Assembly (NCBI GenBank): GCA_965248755.1
Contig: OZ252149.1
Location: 3,328,001 to 3,392,000 of the forward strand
Length of the DNA: 64,000 bases
DNA from: Candidatus Latescibacterota bacterium
Lineage (GTDB): Bacteria; Latescibacterota; CBDEFO01
Direction of reading: 5' to 3'
Shown: positions 39,001 to 48,096 of the stretch, in pieces
Position numbering within the stretch: position 1 is the stretch's first letter
Layout of the letters: the number at the start of each line of letters is the position of its first letter
Notes under the pieces: model-generated
What the model saw: the letters and a program-made list of their open reading frames with translations, nothing else
Told to the model about the DNA's origin: nothing
The model's database searches: none
Program-made: the position numbers and the translations under genes

Positions 39001-39664
39001 TATCATAGCCAAACATTTGCTCAAATTTAGGGTTCGTATAGACAATAACGCCGTCTTTTGTTCGAATAAGGTAAATACCTTCTTCCACATTTTCAATGAT
39101 TTTACTATGAAGAAGCAACTCTTGCTCCACTCTTTTGCGCTTTGTGATATCATGAAAGACCGCCACACCGCCTTTCAGATCCCCTTTTTCATCTTTTAAC
39201 GGTCTTGCGGTAACATGGACGAAGATACCCGCCGGCACTCTCGGATTACGCAGAAAGAGTTCTACTTGGTCTACCTCCTGCCCGCGCATTGCTTGCACAA
39301 TAGGTTGCTCATCCGCCGGCAAAGGCGTCACGGTGTCGGGAAGAAACGCGCCGTATTTTTCAGGCCACTCATCAGGACTCGTGTGCGTCTCGCCGATACC
39401 AGTTATGTGCTCCGCAACCGGATTGAAAACTATAAACTTCCCGTCCTCGTCGATTACCACCACGCCCTCGCCCATACTATCAAGGATGGATTGTAAGACT
39501 CTGGTTTGATTCTGCATGGCTTCTGCTGTCTGTTTCAGCTCTTCCTCAGACTGTTCTCTCACGGCTTCTGATGCTTCTAATTCAGCAATACGTCGGCGCA
39601 TCTCCACCAATTCATCTATGAGTTGCTCTTTTGTCTTAGCTTCATCTTTCATAACGATATCCAT
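36068..39664 (-). CDS. Cytoplasmic PAS/GAF sensor histidine kinase
   Basis: Three PAS/PAC (DITxRK), GAF, PAS, GAF, AHEIRNPL H-box, DSGPGI and GTGLGL boxes; no TM. Confidence 0.95.
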   Translation of the reverse strand: MDIVMKDEAKTKEQLIDELVEMRRRIAELEASEAVREQSEEELKQTAEAMQNQTRVLQSILDSMGEGVVVIDEDGKFIVFNPVAEHITGIGETHTSPDEWPEKYGAFLPDTVTPLPADEQPIVQAMRGQEVDQVELFLRNPRVPAGIFVHVTARPLKDEKGDLKGGVAVFHDITKRKRVEQELLLHSKIIENVEEGIYLIRTKDGVIVYTNPKFEQMFGYDTGELIGKPVSTVNAPGKKSPEEIANEIIKSLQEYGTWSGEVHNIKKDGTKFWCHANVSTFDHPLYGEVWISVHEDITERKRAQEKLQESEEKYRQLFSTESDAIMIFDADTKQFVDINDSTLSVYGYSREEFLSLKVTDISAEPGKTDVSIDETIAGKLSRIPLRYHRKKDGTIFPVEISVGSFMLKNRKMICSAIRDITERKKEEEELRESVESTEKRSTQLSTVNEVGKIAMSSLDQDRMLSEVAEAIQKSFEYYDVYIFFLDSPPSEELVLKAHASADGLEIPERYRQSINEGIIGYVARTGEHLLANDVTTEPRHIFVFPEEAKTKSELCVPIKISGNVVGVIDVQSAVLNSFDGIDVASLHTISNQIARAAENSRLYKESIRLNQFNESLIATMPSAILLLDKDLNIILANNAYCQRRDLRREDIEDKNLRQTVPESLLLRPDIESLIQRAAAGEGPFNLTNFRVVRPTPPEGVFNVSITSAKDGGMGKALVVIEDVTDTVEKAYEFSMLRQTGEMMQTIFDLDRLLYAILTYVTAGHALGFNRAFLFLVNEEKHMLEGKMGVGPSSREDAYRIWHEMAQQDLKLEDHLSEYDRIKDKKEEIPLYRISQGLRFPLSNARTVPALSIFEKAPFKITDAFDNPLVDPQLLNALNTPEFICVPLICKDIAIGAIIADNLYSGRPIDDLSVELLTIFANQACLAIENAEIYREIEEKIEELEGAQEKLEEAHDRILRSERLAEIGEISARIAHEIRNPLSTIGGFARSIVKDPTSERTERNAGIIADEVKRLERVISETLDFVRPTEPEKEVEDINSIIEELFPILEHRLKDNSIDFSVQYQPDVPRMLADAGQIKQVILNAVQNSLEAMPKGGRIEIKASQDNPYVKIEITDSGPGIPDGDIGDIFSPFFTTKTYGTGLGLAVCQKIIDDHGGKIDVQSTEGNGMTLTLCLPAVNTEPQDPSPIDSFGDQLEGSD

Positions 39665-39869
39665 ATAGATAGGCAGCTTTTGGTATCGTTCACAATCGGA
39701 AAGCGACAGATGGCAGGTTTCATGTCTGTTTAGTGATAATACTTTTATATCACACTAATGCCCTAACGGCTTAATTTACATATAATATAAAAAATACTTC
39801 AACTATATGCAAGAGTGTTTTTGCCTCTTTGGGAAGGACAAAAACACTGGGGGTGAAGAATTGGATGGA

Positions 39870-39908
39870 GAAAATAAGAGGCGTCGACCGCCGGGAGGTC
39901 GACGCCTC
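39870..39908 (-). terminator. Intrinsic terminator
   Basis: GAGGCGTCGACC-7 nt-GGTCGACGCCTC 12-bp stem followed by TTATTTT on the minus strand. Confidence 0.75.
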
Positions 39909-40050
39909 AGCCCTGAATGAAGAGCGTCAACGCTCTCTCTTCGGGAATAGGTCTGAAACTCAATACTAGCCCGAATAATTCACAGAAAAAGGCCGTGTAT
40001 TAATTAAGGGATTGTATTATATTATAGTTATGCCTTTTACCACCTTCGGT

Positions 40051-40171
40051 GTCCTTGCGAGCCGAAGGCGAAGCAATCTCGATTCTGTGGTAGATGTAAC
40101 ACTCTCCGGCTCTCATAGGAGACCACTATAAAACCTTGAGATTGCTTCGTCGCTTTGCTCCTCGTAATGTC
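40051..40171. repeat. RPE/MITE-like palindromic element
   Basis: gtccttgcgagccgaaggcgaagcaatctc ... gagattgcttcgtcgctttgctcctcgtaatgtc resembles the widespread GTCATTGCGAG...GAAGCAATC / GATTGCTTC...CTCGCAATGAC repeat. Confidence 0.75.
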
Positions 40172-40197
40172 TCCACCATGTTTATGAATTAAACGGG

Positions 40198-40848
40198 CTA
40201 GTTAGTCGAGTATATAACAATTCTGGGCTCGTTCAAGATACATGGAATTTCATCACCTAACTCTTCTAATTCCTGCTGAATTTTGAGGCGGCTCCTGTTG
40301 ACGCGCGATTTGATTGTTCCGACAGGAGAGTCTGTGATTCTGGCTATTTCGTCGTAGGACCGTCCCTCTATATCGCGCATTATGATAGCCTCGCGATATC
40401 TGGGAGGTAGAGAATCTATGGCCGTGCGGATCATCGAGTGCATGATTTTGGATTCTGTTGTGTGATCTGGCCGATGCGATTCGTCTATCGCTTCGACTAT
40501 GACATCAGTATCTTCATGTGTGGAACTGTCTATAGATATAAACCTCCACCTCTTTCTGTATCTTAACTGGCTTTTTGCAAGGTTAGCGGCTATAGTAAAT
40601 ATCCACGTTGAGAAATTATTTAGAGTCCGCGCCCGATCGCTGTTGGTAAAGACTCTAAGAAAGGTCTCCTGGACTATATCTTCGGCCGTCCGTTGATCCC
40701 CCACAAACCTGAGCACAAAGTTGAAGAGCTTATCGCTGTATCTCTCTACGATAACACTGAACGAATCTTCATCTCCGTTGGATGCTTCGATCAAAAGGTC
40801 CGTATCTTTGATAAGAGGAGTTACCATAGCGTGTATTCTCTTTGCCAT
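40198..40848 (-). CDS. ECF sigma-70 factor, paralog of 1201-1857
   Basis: AEDIVQETFLRVF, FSTWIFTIAANLAK, PVGTIKSRVNRSR. Confidence 0.95.
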   Translation of the reverse strand: MAKRIHAMVTPLIKDTDLLIEASNGDEDSFSVIVERYSDKLFNFVLRFVGDQRTAEDIVQETFLRVFTNSDRARTLNNFSTWIFTIAANLAKSQLRYRKRWRFISIDSSTHEDTDVIVEAIDESHRPDHTTESKIMHSMIRTAIDSLPPRYREAIIMRDIEGRSYDEIARITDSPVGTIKSRVNRSRLKIQQELEELGDEIPCILNEPRIVIYSTN

Positions 40849-41064
40849 TTATGGATGTTTCAGGATGTCTTAGAAGCTGTCAACTACCCCTTGTTATCTT
40901 ATTATGAGGGATATCAGGGGTAGCGTGATCAGATAGAGCCTTCAGTTTGGACCAGGCTAGGGGGGAGATAGCAGCGGTCCTACTTATGGGCTATGAATTC
41001 TAAACGTAATCGGCTATTCTCCTGATATACCCTCACACTTATATATCAAGTATATATCAAGCAA

Positions 41065-41080
41065 CGCAACTTGTGTGCCA
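41065..41080 (-). promoter_or_regulatory. Sigma54 promoter of ECF sigma 2
   Basis: Minus strand TGGCAC-ACAAG-TTGC, correct -24/-12 spacing. Confidence 0.75.
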
Positions 41081-41504
41081 AAAACAGAAAGCTTTTTCAG
41101 CCCCCTTGTGAAGCGGTAAAGAAAGAGACTATTTCTTGAGTAAAGTGTTGAGATTTGTGTAATCGTGATTCTGGTAGAGGTAAAGAATACTAACATTGCC
41201 ATTGTAAAATGCAATCGGGGCGACATCTCAATCTGAAATAGACTATAAGAGATTGTTCAATTGTGTAATGAGTGAAGTACAGAGATCATACCTGTGGCCA
41301 TAGGGAGATGTATTTTGCATCTTTTCCGTTTATCTCCTAAAAAGAAGCAAAGAGTCACATCCTTACACTCTTTTGTCATATAATTATGATATGCACTTGA
41401 TTTTAATCTACTTAATTGACATAATCTGTAGGCAATCGCGAGTGCGAACAGAACATAAGGTATCGCTAAGAGCTTAAAAGGTATTGCAAATTATCAAAAA
41501 AGTG

Positions 41505-41533
41505 TTGACAAAGGGTCAACATTGTCATATATT
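41505..41533 (+). promoter_or_regulatory. Sigma70 promoter P1 of the giant surface protein
   Basis: TTGACA-17 nt-TATATT with an A-rich upstream tract. Confidence 0.75.
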
Positions 41534-41703
41534 GTACCATTAACGATCTTGTGTGTACCATGTAGAAAGCACATATTAAGCACAGTAGGGCATATGCTCT
41601 TTGGTGTGGATTTGTACAATCTATGTTCCTGCTTCGTCAGGAACTTAAAGTGAACATTAGAGCATAGTTGCCTTGAAATTGTTGCAGAAAACTAAAAAAA
41701 AGC

Positions 41704-41732
41704 TTGACAGTTTAGAATTATTACCATATACT
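41704..41732 (+). promoter_or_regulatory. Sigma70 promoter P2 of the giant surface protein
   Basis: TTGACA-17 nt-TATACT preceded by an A-tract. Confidence 0.75.
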
Positions 41733-42131
41733 TATGGTTGACTCTGTCAGGCTATATTAAAATCATCGAGAGGAATTTAGAAAGTGACGGAGTGATTCAA
41801 GCAGCTTTAAGTATTTACTTACAATCGTTTAGTAGGTTAGGAACGCGTCGCATTTTTTTTGAAATAGGTGCGCAAATGCTCGACCTTTTCGAGTGATCTT
41901 AAATTCAAGGGGGTGTGATTCCGGAATCTTATGATTTAAATTATCCTGTCAGTTTGGCAATTTCTAGTCGTTAAAGTTTTTTATAGGAATTTCAAATAAC
42001 TCCAATAACTAGTAATACAGGTGAGGGAGGATGAATCAACTATGCCAGGTTCATTAGCAGAAGACACAGACGGTGGTTTTGAGAGGTGGAGTCGTTGTAG
42101 TTTTCAACCTTACGCTTCAGGGAGGGATGAC

Positions 42132-45100
42132 ATGAAAGCAAAGGCGGTGGTTGGTCTTTTAGCGGTTGGCTTGTTCATATTTGGAATGACTTTCTCTGCG
42201 GATGCTACCTTAACCACGCAAACTGTTACGAATGACGTAGCAACCGCTCCGACTCGTGAAGGCGCTGATGTGACTTACGGAGGTGCGACTCTCGGTTCAT
42301 TTACGGGGCCGGTTTCTGTCCTTAGGGTCGTCCTTAAGTCTGACTCAACAGCCGAGAGTATTGATACCGTCAGGGTGGATATAAACAGGGTAGATGTGGG
42401 CTCCGGAACAACAGACCTTCCCAGCTTATACGTAAGTCCCCTTCGCACTAGTGGTACTACCAGCGGCATTGCCATATACGTGGACGATGGTGATAATGTC
42501 TTTGAGAGGGCTGTAGATACTGTTGTAAACGTCACTGGTGGAAGTATCACTTATACTGGTACTGTGCCCGGCAGTGCTGCGGACAGTATTAGTACAGTCA
42601 CCATAATTCTTCCTACTGGCGGTGATACCCTCTTTGTAAATCCTGGGCCGTTGACGCTATTCATCGTTGCTAGAGCTGGAACTAGTTTACGTACCGGCGA
42701 TCAGTTTACGCTCAGCACGAACCTCTCAAACTGGGGATTCAGCAAGGATTCGGCAGGAACTGCAACTAATAGTTCAGGGACCATAACCGGCGATCAAGAC
42801 GCCCCTGTCATAGCTGCGGGCAACGTGGTGACGCTGGACGATGACTCCGATGGACTTTTGGACGGCGTACAGATAACCTGGAGTGAGAGCATCGCCGATG
42901 TGAGCTTTGCCAACTTTGCCAGCGCGACGGCTACTTTTGACATAACAACGGGTACTAGACTCAGAGACAGCACACTAGCCGGTGATGCCGATGGGGATGA
43001 TGGGAGATTCACAGCTACAAACAGGCTGCCCAAAATAGATCCAAACGGTTCTCCCCGCACTCCGGATACCATAAACAACAACATCACCTTCATCACCTTC
43101 CAGGAAGACCCGGGATCGCCTGCGGATAAGCTTCTCAATGAACTAAATACGGAGGCAGTGCCCACATTAGATATGACCTCGGCTACGGTAACCGACCTTG
43201 CGGGACATCCTCTGTCTGCAGTTATAGGATTTAACGGGGTTGACGCGGCTCGTCCTGTGATCTACCAGAGCCTCTATCTGGACGCTGACATTGACGGGAA
43301 GCTAGATGAGGTGCAGGTCCAATTTTCCGAGGACATTGCCGTTACCACATTTGCAGACAACGACGGATGGAGTGCCACGGGGTTTACGTTCTCGGGCAAT
43401 CCCGCTCTCATAGGGGCTGCTGCTTCTGTAGATCCCCCGCTTACAGCGACCGGCGGTGTTTCAGATGTCGCCAGGTTCCTCCTTACTGAAAAGGCTGATT
43501 CCAACACGAGCATAGACCCCGCAGTGGATCAAGTGACCTACAGCGTGGTTTCGGGCGATGTGGCAGATCTTGTGGGTGTTGCGCTTAATAACGTGTTCGT
43601 AGGAACCGCTCCGGAGGTCGACAAGGCCAGGCCGGTTCTGATAGATGCGACGACTAAAGATGTTGTCTCTACGGAGCCCAGAGGTCAGATAGACCGGTAC
43701 ACCGTTAGATTCACCGAAGCTGTGAATCTGGAGTCGGGAGACTTTGTTCTTCTGGATGACTTCGCTATTGCCGGGTTAGATTCAGGAGCCGGCACCGGCA
43801 CAGTCCATCTTACCATCACTGAGGCAGGTATAATAGATACAGGGATCAGGCCCGGGCTCGCCGTAGATATACTTAGTGTTGAAGATAAGGCTTTAAATAG
43901 GCTGGGACAACCTACTCCAAACAAGCTCGTCCCTCCTTCGGCCTATGTAGAACCCGTTTCTGGCAATATCCTCATTCCTGACGCAGCGCGCATCGACGGC
44001 GCTCCGCCCCTGATAAGGAGGAGGAGCGAAGGAGCTGTCGGGGGGGATGCTGTGGTCACGGGAGACAACAACAGGGATGGCAGGCTCGATCAGGTAGTTG
44101 TGGAGTTTACTGAGATCATGCCCGTTGGTGGCGACTATGTCAGTGGTGTCACTATCGGAGGAATTGCTCCTAGTGGAGCGTCGCGGACGGCAGCCGATCA
44201 GGTGACCTATACGTTGACAGTAGCTCCAGGCGACCCGCCTAACACAGGCGCTGTGCCCGACTATCTCTATAGCGCGGCTACGGGAGGCATATTAGATCCC
44301 GCCGGGCTGGAGTTGGTGGATATCGGGAGCGCCGATATTGCGGAGGTGGATGGAGCTGCTCCGGTCCTCGTGGGCGCTGTCACAGATGACGCTGACGGAG
44401 ACGGGAAAATAGATAAATACGTTATCACTGTAAGTGAGCCTATATCGATAGCTGGTGTTGCGGACTCGCTAAGAGCAGGCCTGGGAGTTGCGGGTCACCT
44501 CGATACACTCGCCACGCTGGATGCAACCAAACAGATTATCACCTTACTCTTCGTTGAAACAGCCGCGACAACACTGGGAGATTTCGATACTGCAGTGACC
44601 CCTGACGTTACTTATACCCGAGCTACAGTGCAGGATGTGGATGGCGAGATCAAGGATCTTTCAGGCCCCGGCGCTACGGCAAATCTTCCTATGACGGACA
44701 TAGGCGCCGACAACGCTGTCCTGACGGAGACTGACGGCGCGAGGCCCGTTATTGTTGTCGCTGCTGATGATACCTCAAGCACAGGGGACAGAAACAGCGA
44801 TGGCTTTATAGATCAGTTGACGGTGACCTTCAGCGAGCCTGTGACGGCGGACAGCGGTAACATCGGCATAACCGTTGATGCCACTGCTTCGGGCAACACC
44901 GTAACCCTCAGTGAAGTCTTGAGCGGCGGCGGAACCAACGTTGTGGTCTTCGGCGGAACTTCCGACGGATTCGGAAATCCCGATACGGAGGACATTCCGC
45001 TCTTTCACTACGTCGAGGCCGGATCTATTCGCGATATGTCTCCTGCTGCAAAGACACTTCGAGCTGCTGCAGATCAGACAACGATAGATGAGGCAAGGCC

Positions 45101-47996
45101 CGTTATTATGTTTACGACGGGGAGGGTGCAGGATACAGGACTGCGGATAAAGTTCTCCGAGGCTGTACTCGGTACTGGAGTTGAAGGGGATCTGATTGTA
45201 GACGATCTCTTCTATGAGAATACCAACGGAGTCAGGGCCGGCGTTATTGTCGCTGTGGACGATGAACTAGCAGCTATCAATGGGGCCGATGAACTCATAA
45301 CAGTCACTGTGGATAGTAGCTTTATCGTTCAAGATGTGATACAGGACTCTATATCGTTCGCTCCGTCAGGTGCGGATCCAACTTTGAGCCTTGTGACGGA
45401 TGCAGCGTCTGTGCCTAATCAAGCGCGCGTCATCTTCGTCACAATAGACGATCGCATAAGTCCCACAATCACGGCCATGGCCACGGTGGATGCGGACGCA
45501 AACGGATGGATTGATCATATCAGGATCCACCTGAGTGAGCCTGTGGACGATTCGGGCCTTATCGGTTTTGTAACCACCGACAGCCTGTCTGCTACAATCG
45601 GTGACCAGGGATGGGATGTGGTGGGCTATGCAGGCGAACAGTGGAACCTCTATGTCACCGGCGGCGACGCTGCTGCTGACAGTGCCGTTGCTTTCGCAGA
45701 TAATGCTGCAGATGACGCTGTCCTCTACATACAGGTTGACGAGCAGAGCGCCGGTGGAAATGCAAACACGGGAACAGGCGATACTGATGCTACACCTGCG
45801 TCGGCTATTGCTGCGGATATGACAGGGTCAGATGAGAGGGGTGTGAGTGTGACCGCCTTCTCGGGATTGGTTGACTTCAAGCCTAATCCTCTGAACATTC
45901 ACGGCTCGGTAACTACGCCCACCGATGCGGCAGGTCCTGTGATTATGGAGGCCAAGACCTTGACAACTACGGCGGTCCTGGCGACTATGAGCGAGGACAT
46001 CGATGGCGCGACTGTTGCTCTGGGGGACTTTGCTCTCACAATAGCCGGTGATCCTAACGGCACCCAGGTACCCGCTACAGTAAGTCATGTGGCTGAGACG
46101 GAGCCGGGGATTGTTAAAGTAAGAGTTAAAGAGACTGATGAATGGTACCCGGATTTAGGCGGACAGATAACTCTTACAGTTGGCTCTATCGAGGATGTCC
46201 CTGGAAACCTGAATCCAGCACCCGCTACTGCGCTTGTTACTGTTGCCGTCGTCAGTCCGACAATAGATGCCCCCGATGCTCTGGCAGTTAGAGACAGGCC
46301 CGACGATCAGGGCGGTGTCGTGATTGTGGAGTTCGATGCATCTACCAATCATCCAGGAATAGGCCTGGAAAATATAGTGGATGCATACGTGCTGGAGCGG
46401 GAGATGGATGACGGCACCGGAACAGTTAAGTTCATAGTGATCCAACTGCTGGCAGCCGTACCCGGAGAGAATCCTATCGTTCGTCAGGTGTTCGTTCGCG
46501 ACGCTTTGGAGACGAACTACAGAGTAAAGGCCGTATCTGGAGTAACCGTCTCAGGACCGTCTGCTAAGCAGGCCGGCTCTAACAGCGTTCTGGTCGCAGA
46601 GGCCCAGAGCGGGGATGCCATAGATAATAAGATATCTGCATTCTCGCTGTATAGCCCGACCGCTATTGGCCAAGCTCTGGACGACCTGGCTCCTGCTGCT
46701 GTGGCAGGCTTCACAGCTCAGGATGCGCCCGACGACGGCGGTGGAGCTATCAATGTAACGTGGACACCGTCTGAGGACGACAAATTGGTTGAGGCGTTCT
46801 CAGTGGGAGGACGTATAGTTCCGCTCTTCGGAGTTACCAGTTACAAGATCATGCGTAAGACTCCTGCTGAGGCGGATTTCTCGCTGATCGGTACGGCGCT
46901 TCCGGGATCTAACTCGTTCGTGGATAATACGGCTGTGACAGGTACAACCTACGAATATAAGGTCATAGCTGCAGATACCCAGAACGATGCAGAGTCAGAC
47001 TTTACCAGGAAGGCATCTGCCATCAGAAACACTAATGTGGTAGATGAAAGTGGTCAGCCTGTTCTGGGATACTTCGGACCGGACGATGGTGAAGTCGGCT
47101 TAAATGACTTTGTGACGTTCCTGGACAAGTTCGGAATAGGAGACGATTCAGAGAGCTTCGAGTCGGCGTTGGATATAGACGGCGACGGCGATATCGGTCT
47201 TTCTGACTTCGTAATCTTTTTGGATAACTTCGGAAAGACGGTCGTCACAGCTTCCGGTAAGGCTCTGCCTCCTCAAGTGGGCGCCAACAAAGATGCAAAG
47301 ATGTCGCTCTCCCTTGCTAGTGATATCGTGAAGGCCGGAGAGGAGATAATCATTGACGCCTCGGTGTCGAGCGTGACGAATCTCAAGGGATACAGCTTCG
47401 CTTTAAGCTACGATCCCGACAAAGTTGAGTTTGTAGGCGCCGAAAGCGGCCAGGACAATTTACTGAACATCTACGGTGGATCGACTCCGCTGTTCCTTTC
47501 AAAGTCGGATGAGCCGGGCAAGGTGATTCTGGCAAACGGTATTTCTGATGACGATCTTGCCAGCGGCGAAGGTTTAACCGCCAAGATCAAGTTCAGAGTT
47601 AAATCCGACTTTGAGGACGACGTGAGCATCGCCATAACTGACGGCGAGATTATTGACGGATTTTATCTCCTTAATAACGTTAGGGAGATGGGATCTTTGA
47701 CTGTAGCGATAACTCCTGACAGATATGACCTTGCTCAGAACTATCCCAACCCATTCAACCCCAGCACGACTATCGAGTACGCCCTGCCCAAGGCCTCGTC
47801 CGTAAAGCTGACGATCTACAACGTGGCTGGCCAGGCGGCAAGGACGCTTGTAGACGATCGGCAGAAGGCGGGAAGCTACTCAGTGGAGTGGGACGGTAGG
47901 GATAACAGTGGACGTCAGATGGCAAGCGGTATATACTTTTACAACATCAAGGCTGCCGACTTCCAGTCAGTCAGAAAGATGGTATTAATCAAATAA
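42132..47996 (+). CDS. Giant secreted surface protein: Ig-like DxDxDG repeats, FN3-like, dockerin-like, cohesin-like and FlgD-Ig/T9SS-type C-terminal domains
   Basis: Start moved to MKAKAVVGLL (GGAGG RBS, signal peptide); about 9 PV-x(n)-DxDxDGxxD...[FL]SE repeats; GLNDFVTFLDKFG / GLSDFVIFLDNFG; GYSFALSYDPDKVEF; NYPNPFNPSTTI. Confidence 0.85.
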   Translation: MKAKAVVGLLAVGLFIFGMTFSADATLTTQTVTNDVATAPTREGADVTYGGATLGSFTGPVSVLRVVLKSDSTAESIDTVRVDINRVDVGSGTTDLPSLYVSPLRTSGTTSGIAIYVDDGDNVFERAVDTVVNVTGGSITYTGTVPGSAADSISTVTIILPTGGDTLFVNPGPLTLFIVARAGTSLRTGDQFTLSTNLSNWGFSKDSAGTATNSSGTITGDQDAPVIAAGNVVTLDDDSDGLLDGVQITWSESIADVSFANFASATATFDITTGTRLRDSTLAGDADGDDGRFTATNRLPKIDPNGSPRTPDTINNNITFITFQEDPGSPADKLLNELNTEAVPTLDMTSATVTDLAGHPLSAVIGFNGVDAARPVIYQSLYLDADIDGKLDEVQVQFSEDIAVTTFADNDGWSATGFTFSGNPALIGAAASVDPPLTATGGVSDVARFLLTEKADSNTSIDPAVDQVTYSVVSGDVADLVGVALNNVFVGTAPEVDKARPVLIDATTKDVVSTEPRGQIDRYTVRFTEAVNLESGDFVLLDDFAIAGLDSGAGTGTVHLTITEAGIIDTGIRPGLAVDILSVEDKALNRLGQPTPNKLVPPSAYVEPVSGNILIPDAARIDGAPPLIRRRSEGAVGGDAVVTGDNNRDGRLDQVVVEFTEIMPVGGDYVSGVTIGGIAPSGASRTAADQVTYTLTVAPGDPPNTGAVPDYLYSAATGGILDPAGLELVDIGSADIAEVDGAAPVLVGAVTDDADGDGKIDKYVITVSEPISIAGVADSLRAGLGVAGHLDTLATLDATKQIITLLFVETAATTLGDFDTAVTPDVTYTRATVQDVDGEIKDLSGPGATANLPMTDIGADNAVLTETDGARPVIVVAADDTSSTGDRNSDGFIDQLTVTFSEPVTADSGNIGITVDATASGNTVTLSEVLSGGGTNVVVFGGTSDGFGNPDTEDIPLFHYVEAGSIRDMSPAAKTLRAAADQTTIDEARPVIMFTTGRVQDTGLRIKFSEAVLGTGVEGDLIVDDLFYENTNGVRAGVIVAVDDELAAINGADELITVTVDSSFIVQDVIQDSISFAPSGADPTLSLVTDAASVPNQARVIFVTIDDRISPTITAMATVDADANGWIDHIRIHLSEPVDDSGLIGFVTTDSLSATIGDQGWDVVGYAGEQWNLYVTGGDAAADSAVAFADNAADDAVLYIQVDEQSAGGNANTGTGDTDATPASAIAADMTGSDERGVSVTAFSGLVDFKPNPLNIHGSVTTPTDAAGPVIMEAKTLTTTAVLATMSEDIDGATVALGDFALTIAGDPNGTQVPATVSHVAETEPGIVKVRVKETDEWYPDLGGQITLTVGSIEDVPGNLNPAPATALVTVAVVSPTIDAPDALAVRDRPDDQGGVVIVEFDASTNHPGIGLENIVDAYVLEREMDDGTGTVKFIVIQLLAAVPGENPIVRQVFVRDALETNYRVKAVSGVTVSGPSAKQAGSNSVLVAEAQSGDAIDNKISAFSLYSPTAIGQALDDLAPAAVAGFTAQDAPDDGGGAINVTWTPSEDDKLVEAFSVGGRIVPLFGVTSYKIMRKTPAEADFSLIGTALPGSNSFVDNTAVTGTTYEYKVIAADTQNDAESDFTRKASAIRNTNVVDESGQPVLGYFGPDDGEVGLNDFVTFLDKFGIGDDSESFESALDIDGDGDIGLSDFVIFLDNFGKTVVTASGKALPPQVGANKDAKMSLSLASDIVKAGEEIIIDASVSSVTNLKGYSFALSYDPDKVEFVGAESGQDNLLNIYGGSTPLFLSKSDEPGKVILANGISDDDLASGEGLTAKIKFRVKSDFEDDVSIAITDGEIIDGFYLLNNVREMGSLTVAITPDRYDLAQNYPNPFNPSTTIEYALPKASSVKLTIYNVAGQAARTLVDDRQKAGSYSVEWDGRDNSGRQMASGIYFYNIKAADFQSVRKMVLIK

Positions 47997-48016
47997 CCTT
48001 GAGTCTGGAGGAATCG

Positions 48017-48060
48017 TGGGAGTCCCCGTGATAGACCTTTTGGGGGGACTCCCATTTCTT
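48017..48060 (+). terminator. Intrinsic terminator/attenuator after the giant protein
   Basis: TGGGAGTCCCC...GGGGACTCCCA followed by TTTCTT. Confidence 0.65.
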
Positions 48061-48096
48061 CGGTACTTTTAAAGCTTTTAAAAGAGGGGTGATACG

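Noticed and set aside
42021..42131. N-terminal 37-aa extension of the giant protein
   Set aside because: The signal peptide and a GGAGG RBS point to ATG 42132
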